NCBI GenBank assembly: GCA_002269645.1
Contig: NIVC01004748.1
Location: 1 to 36,246 of the forward strand
DNA length: 36,246 bases
Source: Macrostomum lignano
Taxonomy: Eukaryota
Reading direction: 5' to 3'
Numbering within the stretch: position 1 is the stretch's first letter; each line of letters opens with the position of its first letter. Of the stretch, positions 16,697 through 28,600 are shown piece by piece. A program made the translations under genes and the position numbers. Below the pieces are notes generated by a model that had not been told where the DNA came from, did no database searches, and saw only the letters and a list, made by a program, of their open reading frames with translations.

Positions 16697-19600
16697 TCAG
16701 CGGCGGTAGCCGGCGTCGCGGCGGAGTCGTCGGCGTCCTGGCGCCGGCCTGCCGACCGGCCAGCGGCCAGCCGTTGACGCTGCCGTTGAGACTGTCTGAT
16801 TCCTCCTCGCTGATGGTGTCGAACCGGCCATGCTGCCGCCCTCCTGCTGCTGCTGCTGCTGGTCTTCGCCGCCGGGGAATCGGCCGTAGCGCCGGCTCTG
16901 CATCGACCGCTTGCTGCCGCGGCGCCGCAGCTTGGCTGGGAAGAGTCGCCATGGTGAGTTTTTTTCAACCGACGGGTAATTCATCCCGCACGAGAGCGCA
17001 CACCTGCACAAATACTTTGGCCAGTGCTCCTAAGCTGCACGTTCCGTAAGCTGCGTTTCCTAAGCTGCATGTTCCCTAAGCTTCATGTTCCCTAAGCTGC
17101 ATGTTCCCTAAGCTACATGTTCCCTAAGCTGCATGTTCCCTAAGCTGCATGTTCCCTAAGCTGCATGTTCCCTAAGCTGCATGTTCCCTAAGCTGCATGT
17201 TCCCTAAGCTGCATGTTCCCTAAGCTGCATGTTCCTAAGCTGCATGTTCCTAAGCTGCATGTTCCTAAGCTGCATGTTCCTAAGCTGCATGTTCCTAAGC
17301 TGCATGTTCCTAAGCTGCATGTTCCCTAAGCTACATACATGTTTCCTGAGCTTTATAAGCTTCATGTTGACTGAGATACATTTCCTAAAGTGGCTTTTTG
17401 GTACTAGTGGAATCAAGTCTTACTTTGCACGTGACTGATGTTCCCGGCTTCCCAGCGCCTTACTGTGCTGCATATGCCGTTGGTTCGATCTCCAACAATT
17501 CGTGTCATCTCGTTCTTTGTCGTCCGACTTCTGACGGACCATCAAGTAGCGCTTGATAAGGTCGCGCATCACCGACTGAGGGTTGGGTTAGGATTTCCGT
17601 TTAGTTTTAATGTGGGACGACATCAACAAGCAAACAGGCTTCTTCACCTGGTACCGAGCCTCCTTCTCGTTTACTTTCTTCACCACTTTCTGCAACAGGA
17701 GAGATAAGCCGCTTCTCAATTGCAAACATGATGCAAAATTCACTTAGATAAAATCTTGCAGTCTTACCCGGATGCTCTGCCACTTGCTGCGCTGGTGCCG
17801 CTTAGAGCAGGAGCAGACCTTATCCTTGAGCCAGGCCATCGCGTACAGGAAAGACTTCGGGCTCGGGATGATGTTGAATGGCGTCGGCAGGGTGCCGCCT
17901 TCGTCAAAGTAGCTGATCCACAGCTTGCCGCGGGCGAACTTCCACTCCGTGTCTGCCTGGGCCTGCAGATGTGAAAAATCTGTTTTTTATTTTCTATCGC
18001 CGCTCTACTTTGAGTAGCAGGCACTGAATATTAGAAACGTACCACAATCTCTTCAAAGCTGCAGTTCATCATGGCAATCAACATGTTGAGCAGGACGATG
18101 AATGTTATTGCAGAGAAGGCGCCGTACATGAGCTTGCCTGCGGGAGAGTGACGGCTGAGACTGGCTCTCGGGCTGCTGGGAGAGTGACGGCTGAGACTGC
18201 TTCTCGGCTTGGAGAGTGATGGGTGAGACTGACTCTCGGACTGTGAGAGTGACGGGTGAGACTGACTCTCGGACTGTGAGAGTGACGGTGAGACTGACTC
18301 TCGGGCTGGAGAGTGACGGCTGAGACTGACTCTCGGACTGTGAGAGTGACGGGTGAGACTGACTCTCGGGCTGGGAGAGTGACGGCTGAGACTGACTCTC
18401 GGACTGTGAGAGTGACGGCTGAGACTGACTCTCGGACTGTGAGAGTGACGGGTGAGACTGACTCTCGGACTGTGAGAGTGACGGGTGAGACTGACTCTCG
18501 GACTGTGAGAGTGACGGGTGAGACTGACTCTCGGACTGTGAGAGTGACGGGTGAGACTGACTCTCGGACTGTGAGAGTGACGGGTGAGACTGACTCTCGG
18601 ACTGTGAGAGTGACGGGTGAGACTGACTCTCGGACTGTGAGAGTGACGGCTGAGACTGACTCTCGGACTGTGAGAGTGACGGGTGAGACTGACTCTCGGA
18701 CTGTGAGAGTGACGGGTGAGACTGACTCTCGGACTGTGAGAGTGACGGGTGAGACTGACTCTCGGACTGTGAGAGTGACGGGTGAGACTGACTCTCGGAC
18801 TGTGAGAGTGACGGGTGAGACTGACTCTCGGACTGTGAGAGTGACGGGTGAGACTGACTCTCGGACTGTGAGAGTGACGGGTGAGACTGACTCTCGGGCT
18901 GGGAGAGTGACGGCTGAGACTGACTCTCGGACTGTGAGAGTGACGGGTGAGACTGACTCTCGGACTGTGAGAGTGACGGGTGAGACTGACTCTCGGGCTG
19001 GAGAGTGACGGCTGAGACTGACTCTCGGACTGTGAGAGTGACGGGTGAGACTGACTCTCGGACTGTGAGAGTGACGGGTGAGACTGACTCTCGGACTGTG
19101 AGAGTGACGGGTGAGACTGACTCTCGGACTGTGAGTGAGAGTAAACAATTAAAATATATTCATTTACGCGTCAGAAGATATTTTTAATGGATTTTACCTA
19201 ACTACTTTCCCCCTGAAACGTTATTAATTAATTATGGTGCCAGATGCGAAAATGAAAGTGATAGGAGGCTCTCAACGTTGTCAAATGATGATAAATCAAC
19301 CAGTCCATTAAATAGCCGACCATTACCAATGAATTCCGTGAACGAGTGCTCGTACTCGAGGTCGGTGTTGCTCAAATCTATCAGGCCGTAGGCTGACCAG
19401 TAGAGGGACTGGGTGATCTCAAACAGACTGTGGGGTTTGCAGGTTGCCATTGGTTATCGAGTAAAACGACATAATGGAAAATGTAGGCGGATCTCTGCAG
19501 TACTCAGAGTGCTACAGTTTTATTGTCGTTTGCGCTTCAAACCTACTTGCACTTTACGGTAGAATTCATATGAGATTATATTGGCAGCCTCTGACTTTCT

Positions 19601-22600
19601 GACATGGCTCATACGTATTTTAGTTAGCTGTTTTGCTAGAATAAATTGCATACCCATATGCATAAAAGCAACCTTATTTAGTATATTGGACTAGCAATCT
19701 GCGCCCCCCGTTGGGGAGGCAACAAAAAAGAAATAAAAATGTTTGAATAAACTACACGTAGGTTATGATCTTGCACAGTTATCATTTTTTGCATTTTTAG
19801 AGGAAAAAATGATTTTCTAAAGCAGAAAAGCACTGCTCCGAAAGCCAGCTATCTAGACTAAGATATCAGATCCCTATGAGCTTTGGCTCATGGTATCTGA
19901 GCAATCCCCAATGAGCCAAGCATTTCGGCGATTTCCCATGAGCCTTGACATCTTAGCAATTCCTCCATGAGCCTTGAGCCACAGCATTTCAGCAATTCCC
20001 CCATGAGCCATTGAAATCTTAGCAATTCCCCCATGAGCCATGAAAACTCGTAATTCAACCCCAAATGAGCCTGGACATCTTAGCAGAAACCCAATGAGTT
20101 TTTATGGTTCACATGGCGATTCTTTTATTCTTTCTTTCGTTAAGTCTGTTAAACCTAAAGTTTTCCGTTAAAGCTTTTAATGCAAAATTACGCTATCAAA
20201 ATTCGAACCCAGGTCGCTGCATTAGCAGTTCAGTCTCTTCACATCGATGACATGAATTTTAGCACTTATAATTCAATACTCACATCAAGTCGGTTAGAGT
20301 GATGACGCAATTGATTTCTCTGTTCTTTTCTCTTTCCCTCTAGTCTCTCCTTCATCTAGTCTCTCCCTCATCTAGTCTCTCCCTCATCTAGTCTCTCCCT
20401 CATCTAGTCTCTCCCTCATCTAGTCTCTCCCTCATCTAGTCTCTCCCTCATCTAGTCTCTCCCTCATCTAGTCTCTCCCTCATCTAGTCTCTCCCTCATC
20501 TAGTCTCTACCTCATCTAGTCTGTCCCTCATCTAGTCTCTCCCTCATCTAGTCTCTACCTCATCTAGTCTGTCCCTCATCTAGTCTCTCCCTCATCTAGT
20601 CTCTCCCTCATCTAGTCTCTCTCATCTAGTCTGTCTCATCTAGTTTTTCCTCATCCACTTCAGCCTCGCTCCCTCATCAGCTCTCGCTATTTACTTCAAC
20701 CCACTACCAGCATGTACATGTATGTTTGGCATTGTCATGTTTAGATAGCGCTGAAGCGAACTCAAGCGGAACAGCAAATAAACCCAAAACTGTACTTTAC
20801 TCACAGTCGTCCATCTCTCTCATTTTGCACTGCTTATTTGCACTTCTCTCATCTTACTTTACTGTCAATTTTAGCTTTCAAAAATTGTCTGTCTGTGCAG
20901 TCTCTGCATTTGAAAATACTTCAGTTGCCAGTGTCCATCAAAGAAAGACTCACTTGGAAAAGGTCCGTCCCCTTGTCACGCAGTAGCTGTACTTGTCCAA
21001 GTCGGTTCCCGTGATGCCGAAGTAGAATTTGTTATCCTGACAATACTTATTCCTCTGATAGGCGTAGAACCAGTAGAGCTGGTTAAAGCCGCAAGCAAAC
21101 GAGCAGATCACTAGCACCACAACGAACAGGAATTTCAGAATATCATTTAGCATGCGGCCTAGCGAGATCTGCAGCGGACCCAGGTGAGGATTAATAGTAA
21201 AGATGTTAACCAGTTTCAGCATTGAGAAGATGTTCGCTATGGCAAATAGGCACTCCGAGATCAGAGTTGGGTCGTACGCGTCCCAGTACTTGCGGTGTAG
21301 GCTGCGCAGCTCCGAGTTCTGGTGCACCTGGATGAATTGGAAGGTTGGCATTTTGGCGACGTTGTGGTGAAGGAGAGCCCTATTGATGTACTGCCCTACT
21401 GCCCTTACTCCTGTAGCTGGCGGTTGCCCAACTTCTGTAGCTGACGGTTGCCCTACTTCTGTAGCTGGCGGTTGCCCCACTTCTGTAGCTAACGGTTGCC
21501 CTACTTCTGTTGCCCAACTTCTATAGCTGACGGTTGCCATACTTCTGTAGCTGACGGTTGCCCTACTTCTGTAGCTGACGGTTGCCCTACTTCTGTTGCC
21601 CAACTTCTATAGCTGACGGTTGCCATACTTCTGTAGCTGACGGTTGCCCTACTTCTGTAGCTGACGGTTGCCCTACTTCTGTAGCTGACGGTTGCCCTAC
21701 TTCTGTAGCTGACGGTTGCCCTACTTCTGTAGCTGACGGTTGCCCTACTTCTGTTGCCCAACTTCTATAGCTGACGGTTGCCATACTTCTGTAGCTGATG
21801 GTTGCCCTACTTCTGTTGCCCAACTTCTATAGCTGACGGTTGCCATACTTCTGTAGCTGACGGTTGCCCTACTTCTGTAGCTGACAGTTGCCCTACTTCT
21901 GTAGCTGACGGTTGCCCTACTTCTGTAGCTGACGGTTGCTCTACTCCTGTAGCTGACGGTTGCCATACTTCTGTAGCTGACGGTTTCCCTACTTCTGTAG
22001 CTGACGGTTGCCCTACTTCTGTTGCCCAACTTCTATAGCTGACGGTTGCCATACTTCTGTAGCTGACGGTTGCCCTACTTCTGTAGCTGACGGTTGCCCT
22101 ACTTCTGTAGCTGACGGTTGCTCTACTCCTGTAGCTGACGGTTGCCATACTTCTGTAGCTGACGGTTTCCCTACTTCTGTAGCTGACGGTTTCCCTACTT
22201 CTGTAGCTGACGGTTGCCCTACTTCTGTAGCTGACGGTTGCCCTACTTCTGTAGCTGACGGTTGCCCTACTTCTGTAGCTGACGGTTTCCCTGCCATTGC
22301 TGCTGAAAACTACAGATCTTAATAATTTTAAACTTTTTTTTCAAATTTTTCAGCTGTAAAGTTACTAGCGCTGACCTGGGAACACGAAACACGAGGCTTT
22401 CCAAAAACATTTTAGTCTGAATTTTTTAAAAGTAGTTAAAAGTTTTTACTATCTACGCTTGTAATAGCTATCAGGCTGTATCATTGCGGGAAAAAACAGC
22501 TTTTAAGACAGCTTCGGATAGCACAGTCGATGGGTATAGCTCGTAAAGGCTAGTTTGCACTGAAGGGTAAATGCGGCACTTAGCACTGTCAACACAGACA

Positions 22601-25600
22601 AAGCAGCTATCGGGTGAGATGTGCATGCACGCACGCGGAACTGAGAGTCGAGTTCCAGTTTCAATATTTGTTTGATTTTGACGAATCGAAGTGAGAGGCG
22701 AAGAATCGGCCATCCAGTATTTAGTTTGACAGCTCCGCCATTCACAATAAAAGTGCACAAGTACTTAATCTCCTCACCTGGACGAAATAAGAGCGTAGGA
22801 TAAAAGCTGCTGCTGAAAGCTTTACTTCTGTAAGCATAGGAACATAACTTAATGCAGATGGCGAATATGCTGGTACCTCCAGCAACGACTATGAGATTGT
22901 CTCCCAATTACCTAATCCGTGATTAATTGCGCTATGGACAGCTAGTCCGCGCCCACGCATGGGCCACTTTTGCTCTGCAAGGAAATTTCTCACTCAGTGA
23001 CAGCAAGGCTTACTGTTGCTTCTCCCAGCCAAAAACCTGGAAACTGACCCGCTCCTGACAACCCGAGATAGCTCGCATTCTCCTTTGGCTTCTTGTTTTA
23101 TAGGCATCAACTGACGAAAACTTGCGACAATTTGCCCAGAGTTATCTTAAATCGATCCACAAAAAACTTTTCCTTGCATAAATAATGTTAGCAAAAATAA
23201 AGCTGCATGTTCCCTAAACTGCATGTTCCCTAAGCTGCATGTTCTCTAAGCTGCATGTTCCCTAAGCTACATGTTCTCTAAGCTGCATGTTCCGTAAGCT
23301 ACATGTTCCCTAAGCTGCATTTTCCCTAAGCTACATGTTCCCTAAGCTACATGTTCCCTAAGCTACATGTTCTCTAAGCTAAATGTTCCGTAAGCTACAT
23401 GTTCCCTAAGCTGCATGTTCCTTAAGCTACATGTTCCCTAAGCTGCATGTTCCCTAAGCTACATGTTCTCTAAGCTAAATTTTCCCTAAGCTGCATGTTC
23501 CCTAAGCTACATGTTCCCTAAGCTACATGTTATCTAAGCTAAATTTTCCCTAAGCTGCATGTTCCCTAAGCTACATGTTCTCTAAGCTACATGTTCCCTA
23601 AGCTGCATGTTCCCTAAGCTACATGTTCTCTAAGCTAAATGTTCCGTAAGCTACATGTTCCCTAAGCTACATGTTCTCTAAGCTGCATGTTCCGTAAGCT
23701 ACATGTTCCGTAAGCTACATGTTCCCTAAGCTACATGTTCTCTAAGCTGCATGTTCCCTAAGCTACATGTTCTCTAAGCTAAATTTTCCCTAAGCTGCAT
23801 GTTCTCTAAGCTAAATGTTCCGTAAGCTACATGTTCCCTAAGCTACATGTTCTCAAAACTACATGTTCCCTAAGCTGCAAGTTTCCCAAGCTGCATGTTT
23901 CCTAAGCTACATGTTCCGTAAGCTACATGTTCCCTAAGCTACATGTTCCCTAAGCTGCATGTTCCCTAAGCTACATGTTCCGTAAGCTACATGTTCTCTA
24001 AGCTATATGTTCCCTAAGCTACATGTTCCCTAAGCTACATGTTTCCTAAGTTACATGCTTCCAAAGCTGCATGCTCCCGGATTTCCTGAGCAGAGGCACT
24101 CACCCTATAATAAGATACTCCTCGCAGTGTGATGGTGGCCACGTACAGAGCATTGGTGATGAAATCCAGCAGGTTCCACATATCAGTCACGTACGCTTTG
24201 ATGCCCTCGCCCCAGAGCTGTTTGATCTCCTGCCAGACAAAGCCTGTGGGTGGCAATTAGCAGAGTTTGATAAGAAAATTTCTGATAGATAAATACAGTA
24301 GGTAGACAGGTGAGAGTGTGGAGAGGTGAGAGAGTAGGCGGAGATGAGTAGACAGGTAAGAGAGTAGACAGGGGAGACAGTAAACAGGTGAGAGTAGATA
24401 GGTGAGAGAATATACAGGTGCATGTGGGCGTTTAAATGATTAGGCATGTATATAAAATCAATGAATGGTAGTAATTCGTAGATGATCAATTGTTAAAGTC
24501 TGGTATTAGGTTGTAAATCACCGCTACATAGCAACCATCATAGCGTGTTACGATTTAGCAGTTAGGAGAGAAGCAATAAAACGATGGCATTTGCTTGCCG
24601 CAACTACGGGAAGCCAAAGGTAGATTATCTTTGAGGCAGGGGCCTCACAGCCGGATATGGGGGAAAGCGAGGCAGTTGGGGGGGGAAATGGGAATTGGAA
24701 TTCGATTCAAATCTGCCACGCCCAGACATGAATGCCAAATTGGGGCCAGCTAGCTCGGGGAGAACCGAGCTTCAATTTAATCCCCCCTCTTTCTCCATCT
24801 GTCTGCCTCAATAGAAGGGAGCGAGAGAGGTGGACAAAAGCGATGTAAGAAAGGAGAGGGAATCTGGGTGTGGTTTTTATGCTTGCCAGCCGGTTTCCCC
24901 GGACGGGCTGGGCGGCCAAAAGAAGCTGCTGAATGCATGCTCGATAGGTTTAATTATCCCTCATTTACTGCCAATGCAATATTGAGTGGCCCTGCCCGGT
25001 TCACCTAATTCCAAGGACTGCTAGATAGCAATCGGTACTAGTGTAGTCCTTGGCCCAGCACGCGATGGATCAAGGCTTATCTACCGATTAAATTACCATC
25101 AGTGCGTTCTATTCTTTCAGAACTACTCTCTACTGTTGTCAGAAAACGTTGTTACAGTCTGCCCCCTTTCCCGGTGTATTTTTATCCTTCATTTAAAACC
25201 CTCCAAAGAATCTGTTTGATTTTTTAACATTCGAAAGTCGCCCCAATTTAAAGTTGCATAATGTAATCTAACCTGTAACACATGTTTATCACTAACTAGC
25301 GTATTAGCCCACATACTAATGTACTCAATTCTTCTTTCGTTATTATTGACAATATTTCTATTGAAATTATGACGCAGACGTGGGCGTTGGCCGCTCCTGC
25401 TTGCTTGGCTAGCAAAGTCCATTCGTAGAGACAAGAGAAAGCTTGGCGTATGGCTTGGCTCGACCACGCCCAACGCTTGTTTGATTGGATTTGCCCCACT
25501 GCTGGATTTTGGATGCATGGACTGAGGGTATAAACTTTTCAAGACTGTCACCATGGGCGACTGAACAGCCGTACGCAGCCTTCAGATGCGCCGCGCAATA

Positions 25601-28600
25601 GCTGCGGCTGAGCTGTCGGTTGCACATCTAGCCATTAGTGCAGGTTTAATCAATTATTTTTATTTATTAAGATCGTCCCACCGCTTTGCTATGACAAGGA
25701 CATAGATCACAATGGTCCATTCCACCATATCTAGATGGCATGGCACAGAGCATCTCACCTAGGACATAGATCACAATGGTCTATTCCACCATATCTAGAT
25801 GGCATGGCACAGAGCATCTCACCTAGGACATAGATCACAATGGTCCATTCCACCATATCTAGATGGCATGGCACAGAGCATCTCACCTAGGACATAGATC
25901 ACAATGGTCTATTCCACCATATCTAGATGGCATGGCACAGAGCATCTCACCTAGGACATAGATCACAATGGTCTATTCCACCATATCTAGATGGCATGGC
26001 ACAGAGCATCTCACCTAGGACATAGATCACAATGGTCCATTCCACCATATCTAGATGGCATGGCACAGAGCATCTCACCTAGGACATAGATCACAATGGT
26101 CTATTCCACCATATCTAGATGGCATGGCACAGAGCATCTCACCTAGGACATAGATCACAATGGTCCATTCCACCATATCTAGATGGCATGGCACAGAGCA
26201 TCTCACCTAGGACATAGATCACAATGGTCCATTCCACCATATCTAGATGGCATGGCACAGAGCATCTCACCTAGGACATAGATCACAATGGTCCATTCCA
26301 CCATATCTAGATGGCATGGCACAGAGCATCTCACCTAGGACATAGATCACAATGGTCCATTCCACCATATCTAGATGGCATGGCACAGAGCATCTCACCT
26401 AGGGCATAGATCACAATGGTCCATTCCACCATATCTAGATGGCATGGCACAGAGCATCTCACCTAGGACATAGATCACAATGGTCCATTCCACCATATCT
26501 AGATGGCATGGCACAGAGCATCTCACCTAGGACATAGATCACAATGGTCCATTCCACCATATCTAGATGGCATGGCACAGAGCATCTCACCTAGGACATA
26601 GATCACAATGGTCCATTCCACCATATCTAGATGGCATGGCACAGAGCATCTCACCTAGGGCATAGATCACAATGGTCCATTCCACCATATCTAGATGGCA
26701 TGGCACAGAGCATCTCACCTAGGACATAGATCACAATGGTCCATTCCACCATATCTAGATGGCATGGCACAGAGCATCTCACCTAGGGCATAGATCACAA
26801 TGGTCCATTCCACCATATCTAGATGGCATGGCACAGAGCATCTCACCTAGGACATAGATCACAATGGTCCATTCCACCATATCTAGATGGCATGGCACAG
26901 AGCATCTCACCTAGGACATAGATCACAATGGTCTATTCCACCATATCTAGATGGCATGGCACAGAGCATCTCACCTAGGACATAGATCACAATGGTCCAT
27001 TCCACCATATCTAGATGGCATGGCACAGAGCATCTCACCTAGGACATAGATCACAATGGTCCATTCCACCATATCTAGATGGCATGGCACAGAGCATCTC
27101 ACCTAGGGCATAGATCACAATGGTCCATTCCACCATATCTAGATGGCATGGCACAGAGCATCTCACCTAGGACATAGATCACAATGGTCTATTCCACCAT
27201 ATCTAGATGGCATGGCACAGAGCATCTCACCTAGGGCATAGATCACAATGGTCCATTCCACCATATCTAGATGGCATGGCACAGAGCATCTCACCTAGGA
27301 CATAGATCACAATGGTCCATTCCACCATATCTAGATGGCATGGCACAGAGCATCTCACCTAGGACATAGATCACAATGGTCCATTCCACCATATCTAGAT
27401 GGCATGGCACAGAGCATCTCACCTAGGACATAGATCACAATGGTCCATTCCACCATATCTAGATGGCATGGCACAGAGCATCTCACCTAGGACATAGATC
27501 ACAATGGTCTATTCCACTATATCTAGATGGCATGGCACAGAGCATCTCACCTAGGACATAGATCACAATGGTCCATTCCACCATATCTAGATGGCATGGC
27601 ACAGAGCATCTCACCTAGGACATAGATCACAATGGTCCATTCCACCATATCTAGATGGCATGGCACAGAGCATCTCACCTAGGGCATAGATCACAATGGT
27701 CCATTCCACCATATCTAGATGGCATGGCACAGAGCATCTCACCTAGGACATAGATCACAATGGTCCATTCCACCATATCTAGATGGCATGGCACAGAGCA
27801 TCTCACCTAGGGCATAGATCACAATGGTCCATTCCACCATATCTAGATGGCATGGCACAGAGCATCTCACCTAGGACATAGATCACAATGGTCCATTCCA
27901 CCATATCTAGATGGCATGGCACAGAGCATCTCACCTAGGGCATAGATCACAATGGTCCATTCCACCATATCTAGATGGCATGGCACAGAGCATCTCACCT
28001 AGGACATAGATCACAATGGTCCATTCCACCATATCTAGATGGCATGGCACAGAGCATCTCACCTAGGGCATAGATCACAATGGTCCATTCCACCATATCT
28101 AGATGGCATGGCACAGAGCATCTCACCTAGGACATAGATCACAATGGTCCATTCCACCATATCTAGATGGCATGGCACAGAGCATCTCACCTAGGACATA
28201 GATCTCAATGGTCCATTCCACCATATCTAGATGGCATGGCACAGAGCATCTCACCTAGGACATAGATCACAATGGTCCATTCCACCATATCTAGATGGCA
28301 TGGCACAGAGCATCTCACCTAGGACATAGATCACAATGGTCCATTCCACCATATCTAGATGGCATGGCACAGAGCATCTCACCTAGGATATAGATCACAA
28401 TGATCCATTCTACAATGCTCGGCGCACCGCCTCTCTCCTGCATTTTCTCCTCCAGGGTGTCCATGATGAGATCTTCAACCCGGATGGCAGCCAGCACCAG
28501 AAAGCCGAGGAATAACATGTAGGAGGCGCTGTGGCAGATAAATTTAATAAACGGCTTTCGCATCTTCTGTCCCAGTTCCGATCGAGGCGCCACCAGGTAG

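Noticed and set aside
18105-22322. Repetitive ORFs ([27 protein letters not shown])
   Set aside because: Translations of the 33-bp and 24-bp intronic minisatellites.
25697-28413. CRISPR array
   Set aside because: Units are contiguous and near-identical with no unique spacers, no cas genes are present, and the unit derives from a eukaryotic splice junction.
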